Of a stretch of 64,000 nucleotides of DNA, positions 12,394 to 24,704 are shown piece by piece. Each line of letters starts with the position of its first letter. Position 1 is the stretch's first letter. The notes below the pieces were generated by a model that had not been told where the DNA came from, searched no databases, and saw only the letters and a list, made by a program, of their open reading frames with translations. Origin of the DNA: Callorhinchus milii (Eukaryota); NCBI RefSeq assembly GCF_018977255.1, contig NW_024704742.1, forward strand, positions 32,924,001-32,988,000, given 5' to 3'. The position numbers were made by a program, and so were the translations under genes.

Positions 12394-12504
12394 TTGTTAG
12401 AAAGCCAGAGCTGAAACACAGAGATTTGAATTGGGGATTACTTGAAACTTAGTCAATGTGTTGAGGCAATAGGAGGGAAATTTATCTCATCGCAATGAAC
12501 AACG

Positions 12505-13045
12505 GGGCCAGAAAAGCAATCAAGTTCAGATACCAGAAGTCATGCTCAGGTTGTACAATGCTGTGGTCAGGATGCACCTGGAATACTGTATTCAGTTCTG
12601 TCACAGCGACAGAATGGGGCTCCCCAGGCCTTAGAAGCAGTGGAAAAGAGAGCAACAAAGCTGATCCCCAATGTTAAAAAAAANTGAGTTAGAAAACAAA
12701 GATTAGACAAGTTAGGGCTTTTCACCCTTAAAAAGAGAACTCTCTGGGGACGCTTTATAGAGATTTATAAGATTGTAAATGGGATTGAGCGAGGTAATTC
12801 AAAACAATACTTTTCAATATGCCATTACAGTACAACAAGAGAACCTTTTTCAGGGCAATTTCGGGACAGGCACCAGGATGATTTTCTTTGCCCAGAAGGT
12901 ACTTAGCAGCTGGAGAAGGTTGTCAGGAAGAGTGGTTGAGGCCAGGACACTGGACTCATTTAAGAAACAGCTTAAATCTGTGATGGGAAAACAATAGGGT
13001 GGGTATTCTGGAAGGATGAGATCAAATGGGTTGTAGGTCCTCTTC
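12505..13045 (+). mobile_element. CR1-clade LINE 3' region
   Basis: LYNAVVRMHLEYCIQF (CR1 LVRPHLEYCVQFW motif) and WRRLSGRVVEARTLDSFKKQL. Confidence 0.85.
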
Positions 13046-14194
13046 TGTGAACCAATCTTGTGAGTGAAAATTCAACATAGAGGTGGAGCAGCAGCTAGTA
13101 TTCTTGGGGCGTGAGGTGAAGACATTGGGTGATTGACGGGTAAGTTCACACCAACTAAATTAAGAAATTAATTTGCAAACATTTTAAAACAAGATTCTCA
13201 AGAAAGCTATTAAAAAGAATTTTCGAAATTTCACCCAGACTGGGGAAAGAAACTGCACTTTTAGAGTGCTGGGTTATTTCAAAACGTGTCAAAGCACTTT
13301 ACTGTTTACATAGGCGAACATGCAAGCCGCTTTGCAAACAGGAAGATCCTATAAACAGCCATGAAGTGAACAACCAGCTTATCTGAAGGATTGTTGGCCA
13401 GGACTTTGAGAGAAACTTAATTTCTCCTCTACATTTACTATACATGTGCCTTTTAGGTACTTTCCTGCCTTGACTGACAACAATTCAAAAAGGGCAGTTG
13501 ATAGAGCAGTGATAAAAAGGCAACAATATAGACTTCCTCAAATTATTTTTTTATTATTGTTGTCAATTTAAGGAGGAATTAATCCAGGTTTGGCTCATTA
13601 TTAATCCTTAGCTTGTGTCCTACGGATCCCTACTGTGTATCCGAAAGACTTTCAGAAAGCCGTACATAACAAGCCATAAATTCTCTGCATATAGTATGAT
13701 ATTGTAGTCGTGGCCACCATTGACATTTCCCTGAATGGCTTTTGTGTGTTGTTCCAAGATATGAGCAAACTGAAAGAGAGACAATGGGAAGCCTTGTGTC
13801 ACTCTCTGCAGCACCAAACGATGGCACATAAAAGCATTATTGAGAATTACTGCTGAACGCCAATTACTCAGAAATAAATGCAGGGCACAAACCAAGCTGC
13901 TGGAGAGGACATGGAGAATAATTGATACCCGCATTTAGATATAAGAATGTAATATAATCTAGGTATTCAAATAATGCAATGAGCCTTGAGAGCCCTGTTT
14001 GATCATTTTTGAACTGTCATTTAAATGTGTGCTAAGTATGCAGCCTTGAAAATCGCATCCTTGTAATATATATATTTACAGTAGATATAATTTGTCTGTA
14101 TTTCTTTAAAAATACATTGAACCATTTGCTGATGACCTGATGTCAGGAATATCCGATAACATTCACAATAGGTTTTTAGTATCTTTTGGTCTTA

Positions 14195-14455
14195 AGAAAC
14201 GATCAGGATCTTCCCCCTCTAATTTTCTCTCCTCCTCTCTTGAAGGTGCTGATTCCTGCTGGAGTATAGCTCCACCTCGTCACGTGGTCATTTTTCATGT
14301 TTGAGCCTTGACATTAAAGGTCAACTGTTCAGTTGAGTGGGGTATTCCTACTGAAACAGACTCTAGCCTCACCTACTGTCCACACATGTACACATTCCAG
14401 CCAGGGTCACTGACTAAAAGTGAAAAATGTGATTGTTTTCCCCCTTATCTCTCAC
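14195..14455 (-). mobile_element. Unclassified old SINE-like repeat (family D); second fragment at ~26105-26240 (+)
   Basis: Shared block ccagca..tca(g/c)c(a/g)ccttca(a/g)gaga..ggagaaaat in both copies. Confidence 0.5.
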
Positions 14456-14509
14456 TCGCACACACAGTCCCTTCCCCTACTGAACAATACGTCAGTGTTA
14501 ATTCAGAAT

Positions 14510-14770
14510 TTTCTCTGTTAAGTGTAGTAACTGTGTATTTGTTGGTGAACACAGCAGCCAGTTCATGCAGAGGGATGCCCACAAACAGCCAAGAAATTTT
14601 AAATCTGGAGGATTAATGTCCAGGATACTGAGAAAAACTCCCTTCTCTTTTCAGCTAGTGTAATGGGATCTTTAATATTCACCTGAAAGGCCGACGGCAC
14701 CTCCATTTAACATCTTATCCGAAGGATGATATGACTGATAATGCAACTCTGTCCCAATACAGTGCCATCT
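14510..14770 (-). mobile_element. SINE family B fragment
   Basis: atgggatctttaatattcacctgaa..aacatcttatccgaaggat is the antisense Deu core. Confidence 0.7.
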
Positions 14771-15254
14771 GATTAATGGGGGCAGGGTGGGCCCATGCTC
14801 TGAAATTTAACTTCTTTTATGTGAAGGAGACAATCCTTCTCCACATTAAAGAAACAAAGAGAGAGCAGGTGTGAACTAGGATTGTGTGCTGAATAAATTA
14901 GGTTTGCAAGTCTTTTAATACTACATAAAGCCAATGCATTTGATGCTATCTTGACATCACAATGCTTTTTTGAACCCTTGAATGAAAACATTTCCCAGCA
15001 TAATGTTTCTTGTGCTGTTAAAATAAGCACAGAAACGTTAAGTATATCTGAAGATCAGCATTATCTTATTGAACACCCTCCCTGTTATTGGCTTCTCATC
15101 CATGGCTGTAGAGAAGTGTCTTGCTCTAAGCTGCTCCCATGATATCTTGGCTGAGACAAGGATCCCACTATATGCATGTAGCTAATCTCAGCGGAACACA
15201 TATACTGTAATTAAATATGCTGACTACCTCATCTGGGCAAAGCAGATGAGAACA

Positions 15255-15385
15255 AGTTTGCAGGGCTATGGGGAGAGCGCGGGGGAGTGGGATTGATTTG
15301 GATAGCTCTTTACAAAGAGCCGACACAGACAAGATGGGCTGAATGGACTCCTCCCGTGCTGTATATTTATTTCTATGATTCTATG
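15255..15385 (+). mobile_element. CR1-clade LINE 3' tail
   Basis: gggctatggggagagcgcgggggagtggg..gatgggctgaatggactcctcc..(ttctatga)2 terminal octamer repeat. Confidence 0.85.
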
Positions 15386-15824
15386 AAAGCATTACTAAGA
15401 AAAGAGTTGCTCCTTAATTTTGTTACCTTCAGGTTTTAATTATAAAGATAATAATTAGATCTAAAAAGCAGTTTGTCATTCAATAGCAATAACCTCTTCA
15501 AGGGCTAGCAATAGAAATAATTGGCAACCTTCCACTCAATAGCTGCATCAGAGCAGTGAAATTACTGCAATTATCACATTTCCAATTGTCTCCTCCCTAC
15601 TGCACAGAATAACATTTATTAACCACAAGTGGAGGTGCACCAGCTTTGTATTGTCATTGAACCGCAGGAAAGGCTTCAATTAATTTTAAGAAAAACAATT
15701 GCGTACAAGGGCGTACTCAAAATAGAAATTTGTGTAATTAATTCAGTTGTACATCAATTCATTCATATCACATTTTTCAAAAAACTATTTAGTTTAGGGC
15801 ATGCAGATAAGCAATGGACTATTG

Positions 15825-15905
15825 AGTATTATTCTAGCAGTGGGTTACCCAATGCTAATCAGCCTGTCTCAATAGCATTGGGTAACCCATTGCTGGAATA
15901 ATATT
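15825..15905 (+). repeat. 33-bp-arm inverted repeat with 15-nt loop
   Basis: Arms 15825-15857 and 15873-15905; 30 of 33 Watson-Crick pairs, 3 G-T. Confidence 0.95.
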
Positions 15906-16269
15906 GCTAGAAGCTGAATGAGAATGTCATTCAGCCACCTACCATCTACCTTTTTCTACCCTGAGTGCCTTACACCCCCTCAGCAAATCCTCTGATTTTC
16001 AGACTGAACTGATTACAACCACTGATTCGCACCCATTATTTCACAACTTTGTGGCTATCAACAGTCCATTCACTCTCGAGCTACGGTGAAGAATCCAATT
16101 AGAAATCCCATATTCCAGACTTCATAATATTTGCAAAGTACGAACGTCAAAAAATTAGATTGCCTTATTATATATATTCCACTCAGAAAGATAAACTATA
16201 AAGTGTAAATGAGACATTTCACCCATGGAAAATAAATATGTGGAAAACTATTGCACATTTAACAGCACA

Positions 16270-16535
16270 AAACAGCAACAATAATTTACATTCATATAGC
16301 TTTCAGGACGCCTCAAACCGCTTTACACAATTGACTGGGTGCTCAAGTTGGGGGCTGGGATAGCTGAGGAAGAGGGGGTTGAGGGGCGGAAGGTGGCTGG
16401 AAAATAAGATTAAAGAGTTGGGTCTTAAGGCAGGTATTGAAGGCGCGGAGAGAAGGGGTAAGACAGAGGGACAGAGATGAAGTCCTAGAGAGCAGGGGCA
16501 GAATAACTGAAAGCTCGTCCACTTGATGCTGGGCC
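16270..16535 (-). mobile_element. L2 LINE 3' end
   Basis: acaacaataatttacattcatatagc..gacgcctcaaaccgctttaca followed by a purine-rich antisense 3' region. Confidence 0.75.
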
Positions 16536-17132
16536 TATTAACAATATAAACATATATATAAAACAATATCATTAATAAACCAATGAGGTCCTAATATGAA
16601 ACAAATACTTTGTACCTGAATCTCTACCATTGAATGAAGCCGATGATTCTGTGTGAATTCTATTTTTCTCTTGTAACTGAGGCTGTGTTGAAGCCTCAAG
16701 AGCCTGTGTGACGTGTGGGAGGAATTCCCTGCTGAAACACCAGGTAGGCACTAGGAACACAACTGCTTTCCTCAGCAGTGTTTTTTTCAAACCTAGGGAG
16801 TCTGAATTAGATCTTTTGTTAATAGGATTGAGCTGGTTTAGTGTGGTACAAATAAAGGGCCACTTCCCTTCTCAGACATATAAAACCTACTCAAACATTA
16901 TCATATCCTGGAGGAAACTAATACATAAATATCTCCCTGAATCTCATTGGCAACGAAGCCCCATACAATAGCTATTCAAACCTCCACAAATAACATACGC
17001 CTCACCACACTGCCCCACCCCCATCTCAGATAATGTTGCTCACAAAATACACTGTTACTGCACTTTACAGTAATTCCTGTGAACCACTTTGGGACATCTT
17101 CCCAATGTGAAAGGCGCCAAACCAAATGTAAG

Positions 17133-17163
<31 letters not shown>

Positions 17164-17179
17164 TCTTCCTCTACCAAAC

Positions 17180-17525
17180 TCCCCAGCTCCAGTTGCATTG
17201 TTGGAGGTGCCATCCTTCAGATGAAATGTTAAATCGAGGTCCTGCCTGTCTGCTCAGGTGGTTGATAAAGATCCCATAATACTTTTTGAATACAAAAGGG
17301 AGTTTTTCCCGGTGTCCAGGCCAAAAATTCCACGAAGTAAGGCTGGTCTTCAATTCATAGCTGTTTGTGCAACACTGCTGTGCGCAATTGGGTTGCTGCA
17401 TTTGCCTACAAATTCACAGTCTCTCTACTTCACAATAAACTTCACAGTAAATCCTGCAAAGAGTTTTGGGACCCCTTTCCGACATGAAAAGCACTATATC
17501 AAATCCAAGCATTATTATTATTATT
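17180..17525 (+). mobile_element. SINE family B, 5'-truncated
   Basis: ggaggtgccatccttcagatgaaatgttaaatcgaggtcc Deu core through to (ATT)n. Confidence 0.85.
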
Positions 17526-18058
17526 AGTTCACTTCCAGAACCAGAAATTGTAATTTGCAATCATTTAAAATAATTGATTTTATATACACTTGAATATACA
17601 GTATATTTTATATATTTATTACTTTTTTTTAAAAAAAGTTTTCTTTTTCTCTTTAATGCTGATGACTTTTTCTAGTCACACAAATGGATTAGTTACAGCC
17701 CCTTCAGCTGAAAGTACTCCCAATTGTAGAATGGCTACACATATCAGCTGGAATAGAAGACACATTTATTGTCTCTTTACACTGACTGCATATATTCGCA
17801 TTTGTGACTGCAGCTGAAATGTTCAGCAAAATCTGCCAATTGAAACACGTTATCCCTGCAGTTAAAGCAGCCACCATTTATTCTCTTTGCTGAGATGTAA
17901 TGTTTTTTTCAGGAAAAGTTCCTCACAGCTGTGCAAACCCCTCACAAAGCTGATAATTAAACACTTGTGAAGAAGACTTTTTTTTACTGTTTACTTGCTT
18001 CCTATTCATAACATTAGGTCTGTGTACATACAGTGCAGGTTACCTCAGCAACATAGAC

Positions 18059-18160
18059 ATAATAATAATAACAATAGTAATGATAATAATAGAAATAATA
18101 AAAATACTGATAGAAATGATAATAACAATAACCAAAAACAATTATAATAATAATGATAAT
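18059..18160. repeat. Degenerate (AAT)n tract, expanded tail of a minus-strand SINE
   Basis: Direct reading; abuts aatccttgtgtttgg. Confidence 0.8.
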
Positions 18161-18517
18161 CCTTGTGTTTGGTAGAGGACATTTCACTTTCAGGAGGATG
18201 TCTCAAAGTGATAGCTGGTAGACTTGATGGCCAACTGGCTTCCTTTTGCACTATAAATGTCCCACTGCTAAGCCCCCTACACACAGAGTATTCACCTTCC
18301 ACTGTTACACTCCCCACACACAGCATTCCTCTCTCATTGCGAGATCTCAGGAGCAAAAACAACACCTTGCACTCTTGTAGCATCTTTCATGTGGGATGAA
18401 AGTCTTGAAGTGCAGGAGTCATTGCCCCTCTGCATTATGAACCTATCCCTACAACTCTACACTGTTCCTAAGTAGACAGTTGCTCAGTCCTTTGAAGGAG
18501 TTAATTGACATCAAATC

Positions 18518-18894
18518 AATAATAACAATAATCCTTGAATTTGATATAGCGCCTTATCGCATCTTCGAGACGTCTCAAAGCACTTCACAGAATATACTGT
18601 AAAGTGAATTGAGCTGTATAGTTTGTGGGCGAAACATGGCAGCTAATTGCGCACAGAAGTGTCCCACAAACAGTCATGGATTGAAGTGACCAATTTATTA
18701 TTTCTTTTTTGAAGGAATTAGTATCCCCGGAAAAGCGATCCGCCAATCAACTAACAACCGGGTTCCTAATTGCTGCTAGGTAAACAGAGGTATGACGAGT
18801 AAGGAAACTTGCCCAACATTTCATCCTGCCGGGAATCAAACCCAGGTCTCTCGCTTGCAAGGCGAGTGCTCTAACCACTGAGCTGCAAGACTCC
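18518..18894 (-). mobile_element. SINE family A, long form, full length
   Basis: tRNA head + CORE-like block + gattggcggatcgcttttccgggg + shared tail. Confidence 0.92.
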
Positions 18895-19632
18895 TTGATT
18901 TCCATAGAAGTCTGTTCAATATATCCGCCAGTCTGGCGAATGGTACATTCCTTTTTATCTCCTAACCCACTTGAGTCTTGTGAATTTTAAAGCTGCAGTT
19001 GCTGTCTATGTCATATGATGTGGTCTCCTCATAACACTGGGACAGATCATACGATCGATTCTTATTCGCCGATAAGGCCGAAACTGTTGCAGATTACCAT
19101 CCAGTCAGGGCACAAGGATTCTAACACATGACCTTTTGATCACAGAGAAAACAAAGAAGATACAGTATTTACAAAACTTGCAAGCACTTTTCAGAGAATA
19201 ATTAATTTTTCTGATTACGAGTTTACAGACAACATTTCCAGGTTCCCGTACCTAACGTAGAACCCTTTCCACATAACGGTGCAGGTTTGATTATTTACCT
19301 GGACTATTGTAGGAAACTGAAGTGGACCTTAACTAGCCGACAGACCCAGACACTGAAAGCAGTTTGGGGTCAGAATTTTTACACAAGTTACCTTATTTCA
19401 TTTCAATCCTTGGATTTATTTGTAAACTCCTAAAAAGGTTTCAATTAATTCAGAGTTTAGGATTAATTCAGACAATAGAAATTAAACAGGCAAGTATCTT
19501 TTTCTATTTCGCTCTTACAGTTTGATTTCCCCAATGAGATTATAAATCCTCCTGCAGGGGATCTAAAATAGATCTCCTTGGAACTGAATCGGCTCCAAGG
19601 TGATCTGCTTGGCAATGACGGTCTAAGTAGCA

Positions 19633-19954
19633 TGGAGTCCTGTAACATATTGGTTAGAATACTGACCTCGTAGGCGAGAGGAACCTTAGGCAAGTTTCCT
19701 TACTCCACACGCCTCTGTTTACCTAGCACTGTGTAGGAACATGATTGTTTCTCGATTGGCAGATCACCTTTCCGGGGGAAATAATCCCTTCAAATAACTT
19801 TTTTTAAATTTAAAATCTGGTCACTTAATCCATGACTGTTTGTAGGACACTAATGAGCGCAATTGGTTGCCGTGATTCACCCACAAAATATACACTTTAC
19901 AATATATTCTGTGAAGCGCTTTGAGACATCTCAATGATGTGATAAGGCACTATA
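19633..19954 (+). mobile_element. SINE family A, long form, B-box deleted and tail clipped
   Basis: Collinear with 51310-51685. Confidence 0.88.
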
Positions 19955-20440
19955 GTTCAGTTCCTAAACCAGGCGTACCCACCGTACTTGAGGGCACTGC
20001 TGATGAGAGCCCAGCCAGACTGGTTCATTGGTGGATCTTGCAGGGGTGGACATAGTCACAGCAGCCAGGGATTCTTCCCACTTAACTCCTGCAAGCAAAA
20101 CTCTAACAGGTATGATGGTCCTAGATGGATGGACAACAACAACACAGCAGGAAAGCTTGCTAGGCAGTCCTTTCAATGGCACGCTTTTAGCTGGTTAATC
20201 TCCAGCAGTATCCCAAAACACATTCTGGGGTCTCCAAGCCTTGGCTCTTGCCAACCTGTGCGTAATACTCTTGGAATTAGGTAAGCAAGATGAGTCCCTC
20301 CAGGGAGAGAGTGCTCATTCCATTCCAATATATGAAATTAGGTGGAATGCATGGAAATCTCAGTTTGGTTTGGATATCCTTATACATCATGATAGATTTC
20401 TGCGTGTGAAAGACACTCATCTGATCAAAGAAAGATTTAA
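19953..20440 (+). mobile_element. Repeat family C, near-complete copy
   Basis: Aligns by eye along its length with the reverse complement of 35722-36200. Confidence 0.75.
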
Positions 20441-20941
20441 AATGGAAAAATAGATGTTGGAAAGTTGAAAAGCCTTTTTATATTTAATGTGCTTTTTATT
20501 CTCCCGATCTCTTCTCCTGCAATGGGTCTCTTGCTCTTTGTTGATCTTTCTTGATGTGGAATGCTTGGCCCAACGTCACAACAGCCATCACAACCTCTCC
20601 TAATTAATTTGCAGAGAAATATTCAGCCGCGCTCACAGAGAAGGAAGTTCGACTCCCAATCTTTAGCCAGTGCATTGCTTCCACCTAGTGTTGAGTCTGA
20701 TAATTCAGCTGAGATAAGCAAGTAGCTCTTAAGGATGAACCAACCTTAGATTCAAATGCCTGCAGAGACCAGAATTCTCATCTTCTGGTCCTAAATTATT
20801 TCACTATTGTAAAGTTTAATATTATTGTACATCATTAAACCTACATAATCACAAAAATGCTCAAGGACTCTTTTTAAAAAAAAAATATTTTGACCTCTCC
20901 TCTACTGAAGATGGTGGTTCAATTTGGGTTAATATTTAATG

Positions 20942-21320
20942 ATAATAATAATCCTTGTATTTGACATAGTGCCTTTCTCAGAGAGGACTTCGACAGAGAC
21001 AGACTGAGAGTGAGTTTAGTGAGGGTGTATTTCGTAGGAGAACACAACAGACAATTTGCTTACAGCAATGTCCCATAAACTGCCATGAAGTGAATGACCA
21101 ATTTTATTTTGGGGGATTGTTGGCCAGGACACGAGAGAAACTCCCTTTTCTTTTTGAATAGTGCCATAGGATATTTAACGGCTAACCAATCAGGCAGACA
21201 GGTTCTCGGTTTAACATCTCATCCAAAGGATGGCAGCTTTGAATAAGCAGAGCTCCATTGCAGTGTCAGTTCAAATTCCGAATGTGAGGCTTGAACCATC
21301 TGCTCTCACTACCTCAGCAA
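20942..21320 (-). mobile_element. SINE family B
   Basis: Antisense tail, Deu core (ggtttaacatctcatccaaaggatggca) and degraded head. Confidence 0.8.
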
Positions 21321-21894
21321 AGTGCTCTTCCATCATGATCCCGTGCTGTGAACGTCAGCATGTCACTCGACCACAGAGGTCATGTAGGCAGCGTATTGGC
21401 AGAGTACACAGTATAATTGAATGAATGGACAACGCCCACACACATTGTTTGAATGATTCTGAATTCTTAAATTCTAAGGCTCCAATTTTGCTTTAAAAAC
21501 AGTCAATCCAGATTTCAAAATATATATTTTAAAAATTCATGCATGTGTTTAAAAAAATATGAATTTTATTTCAACATGATGTAAAGTTTATGACATTTCA
21601 TTAGGAGTTCTTATGAAACATTGTAAACGTCGCACATTCTTCTCTAGCTCCAGGAAGGTCTTTGATTTTAATTTAAATGCATTAAAGGGACACATTTGTC
21701 TACAAAATACACATTCATTATACTTTACAATAAATCCTATAAAGCACTTTAAAACAATTTCAGTTTGAAAGGCCTTGTATCAAAAGCAAGAATGATTTAT
21801 AATATTATTATCATTCTCCTGTCATTCTATAAGACGCCTACATAATCTACAGTTGCTAAACTTTACTGTAAATGATGTGAAGCACTTTAAGCAT

Positions 21895-24682
21895 CTGCCT
21901 GCCATCCAAGACATCATTGTTGATGAAAACATTGACATCCTTGTCCTCACCGAAACCTGGGTCATCCCAGGTGACACCTTCCCCTTGACCGAGGCCACAC
22001 CACCCGGCTACACCTTCCACCATACCCCACGATCTAAACGCCATGGTGGCGACATGGCTCTCATCTCCAGTTCCCCACTTGTCCTATCCTTATTCCTGCA
22101 GAACCTTCCCCTCCTGTGACCTTACCCTCTACCATCCCTCCAACCGTTCCTTCAAAATCCTCCTTATTTATTGTCCCCCCCAAATCCTCCCCTCCTTCTT
22201 CTCAGACATCTCCACCCTCCTATCTTCCCGCTTCCTCTCCTCCTCATCCTAGGTGACTTCAATCTGCACTTCACCCTCCTGCTTTATCTCCGCTGACTTA
22301 TCCTTTCTCCTCTCCTCTCACAATCTCTCCCTCCACTTCCACTCTGCCATTCACGTCTATGACCACCGGCTTGACCTGGTGATTACCCAGGGCCCGAATG
22401 TCTCAGACCTCACCATCACCGACAAAGCCATCTTGGACCATTATTTCATCTCCCTTAACTCCTCATCTCCCTTAATGCCCAACCCCCCTGGAAAAAANTC
22501 TTCACCCCCTCCCTCTCTGCTGCCTTGGAATCATCTCTAGGCTTCCTCCCACAATGACTTATCCTCCTCGGTCACTCTCTTCCACTACTCCCATCCTACA
22601 CTCTTGATGCCCTTGCTCCTCTCATAACCCAAACCATCGCCTACTCACGAAAGTCACCGTGGTACACCAGCCACCTCCGCTCCCTTAAGGCACAGGTGCG
22701 TGCCGCTGAACGCACCTGGCTCAAATCCAACTTAACAGTCTATCGGCAGATCTGGCTGGACCTTATCAAACCTTACTGTTCTGCCCTCACCTCCGCTAAA
22801 TCGTCATTCTACTCAAAGACAATCTTAGAGGCCAAATACAACCCCAGGCTCCACTTCTCCATCACCAACCGGCTCCTCCGTCCATCCTCTCACCTCTCGC
22901 CCATCCTCTCCTCCAACACCAACTGCGAGAAGATGCTGGACTCCGCTCAGTTGCTTCTGCCCTTCCGACCTCAATCCCCACCCCATCTCCCTTTCACACC
23001 CCGGCCCCTAACCATCCCTCCTATGCCTTGAACCTGTCTGCTCCTCCTCTCTCATCACTACCATAACCCACATGAAACTGTTCACCTGCTCCCATGACCA
23101 CCATCCCTACCCCTCTCCTTACATCCCAGTTCCACCTCCTTGCCCTCCTACTCACAGACATCAGAGAGACCTCTCTCTGTGCAGTGGCACCATTCTCAAC
23201 CCTTTAAAAACTGCTGTCATCACTCCTATCCTTAAAAACCCTCCCTTGACCAATCCCAGCTCTCAACCCACCACCGCATCTCCAATCTCCCTTTCTTTCT
23301 AAGGTGCTGAAATGAGTCATTTCTTCTCAGTTTTGTTCTTTCTTCTCCCAACAATCCCCACAGCACGGAAACAGGTTGGTCAAAGTGACAAATGACCATT
23401 TTATCCATCTGTGACCAGGGTTCCCTCTGCCTCCTCGTCCTCCTTGAACTCTCTGCTGCCTTCGATACTGTTGACCACTCTATCCTCATCCGCTGCCTCT
23501 CCTCTCACTTCAACTTTCATGGTTCTGTTCTTGAATGGTTCAGATCGTACCTTTCACATCGTCTCCACTTCGTCACCACAAATGGTTTCTCCTCTAGCCC
23601 CCTCACCGTCTCGTGTGGCATTCCTCAGGGCTCTGTCCTTGGTCCCCTCCTCTTCAATATCTATATGCTCCCTCTTGGTGACATCATCCGCAGACATGGC
23701 GTCAACTTCCACATGTGTGCGGATGACACCCAACTCTATCTCTCCCTCTATCCTTGACTCCAGGACCACTGCTGTCCTGACAAAATGTCCATCAGACATC
23801 AAGTCCTGGATGAGAGCTAACTTTCTACAGTTGAAAGTCAACAAGACAGAGGCTCTCCTGATTGGCTCCCGTCAGCACCTCCTCACCTCAGGCGCTGACA
23901 GCATCACCATCCATGGTTGCACACTCCACCTTACTAAGCCAGATGGAACCTTGGGGTCTTGTTTGACCCTCAATTATCCTTTTTATGCCAGATCTGTGAC
24001 ATGTCCCACTCTGCCTTGCCCCATCTCTTCAACATCGCCCGGCTACACTACTGTCTCGCACCACAGGCCGCTGAGACCCTCATATACGCATTCAGGCTCA
24101 ACTACGCCAACTCCCTCCTTATTGGCCTCCCCAACACCTTCCTTCATAAGCTGCAAATCATCCAAAACTCTGCAGCCTGTGTCCTCTCCCACACCAGGTG
24201 CTACGACCTTATCACCACTATCCTCGCCTGACTCCACTGGCCTCCCATCACACAGAGGATACTGTTCAAGATCCTGGTCCTCACATTCAAAGCACTACAT
24301 GGCCTTGCTCACCACTACCTCTGCAATCTTCTAATCCCCTACCAATCTGCCCACTCTCTCTGCTTAACGGACTCCGGCCTGCTGCACATCCCTTGCCTCA
24401 CTCGCCCCACCATTGGCGGATGGGCCTTCTGCCCCTCTGACCCCACCCTCTGCAACTCCATCCCGCAGTCCCTCCACCTCAGCCCCTCCCTTGCCTCCTT
24501 CAAAACCCGTCTCAAGACCCTCCTCTTTGACCCTGCTTTCGCTCACCGTGCTTCCCCTCTGCCTTCCACCCTCTCTGAACCCAACCACCTACTTGGATCC
24601 GAAAGACTGATTGTCCAGCGCCTTGAGACACCCTCCTGACATGAAAGACGCAATACAAATGTAATTTTGCTCTTGTTGCTGT
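21895..24682 (+). mobile_element. L2 LINE with almost complete, disrupted ORF2 (APE endonuclease + RT) and 3' tail
   Basis: [63 protein letters not shown]; many frameshifts; tail tgtccagcgccttgagac. Confidence 0.95.
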
Positions 24683-24704
24683 GTCAAAAGGAATAATTCT
24701 TTAT

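Noticed and set aside
20000..20030. Canonical hammerhead ribozyme at CTGATGAG
   Set aside because: No stem II plus GAAA follows, so a canonical hammerhead is unsupported; kept only as a structured-RNA hypothesis.
20676..20695. CTCF-like motifs (ccacctagtgtt here; gcgccatttggcag at ~26291)
   Set aside because: Partial matches of this quality are expected by chance in 64 kb.
23411..24334. 307-aa ORF, longest in the window
   Set aside because: Mostly a Ser-rich off-frame read of a frameshifted L2 ORF2; not a functional CDS.
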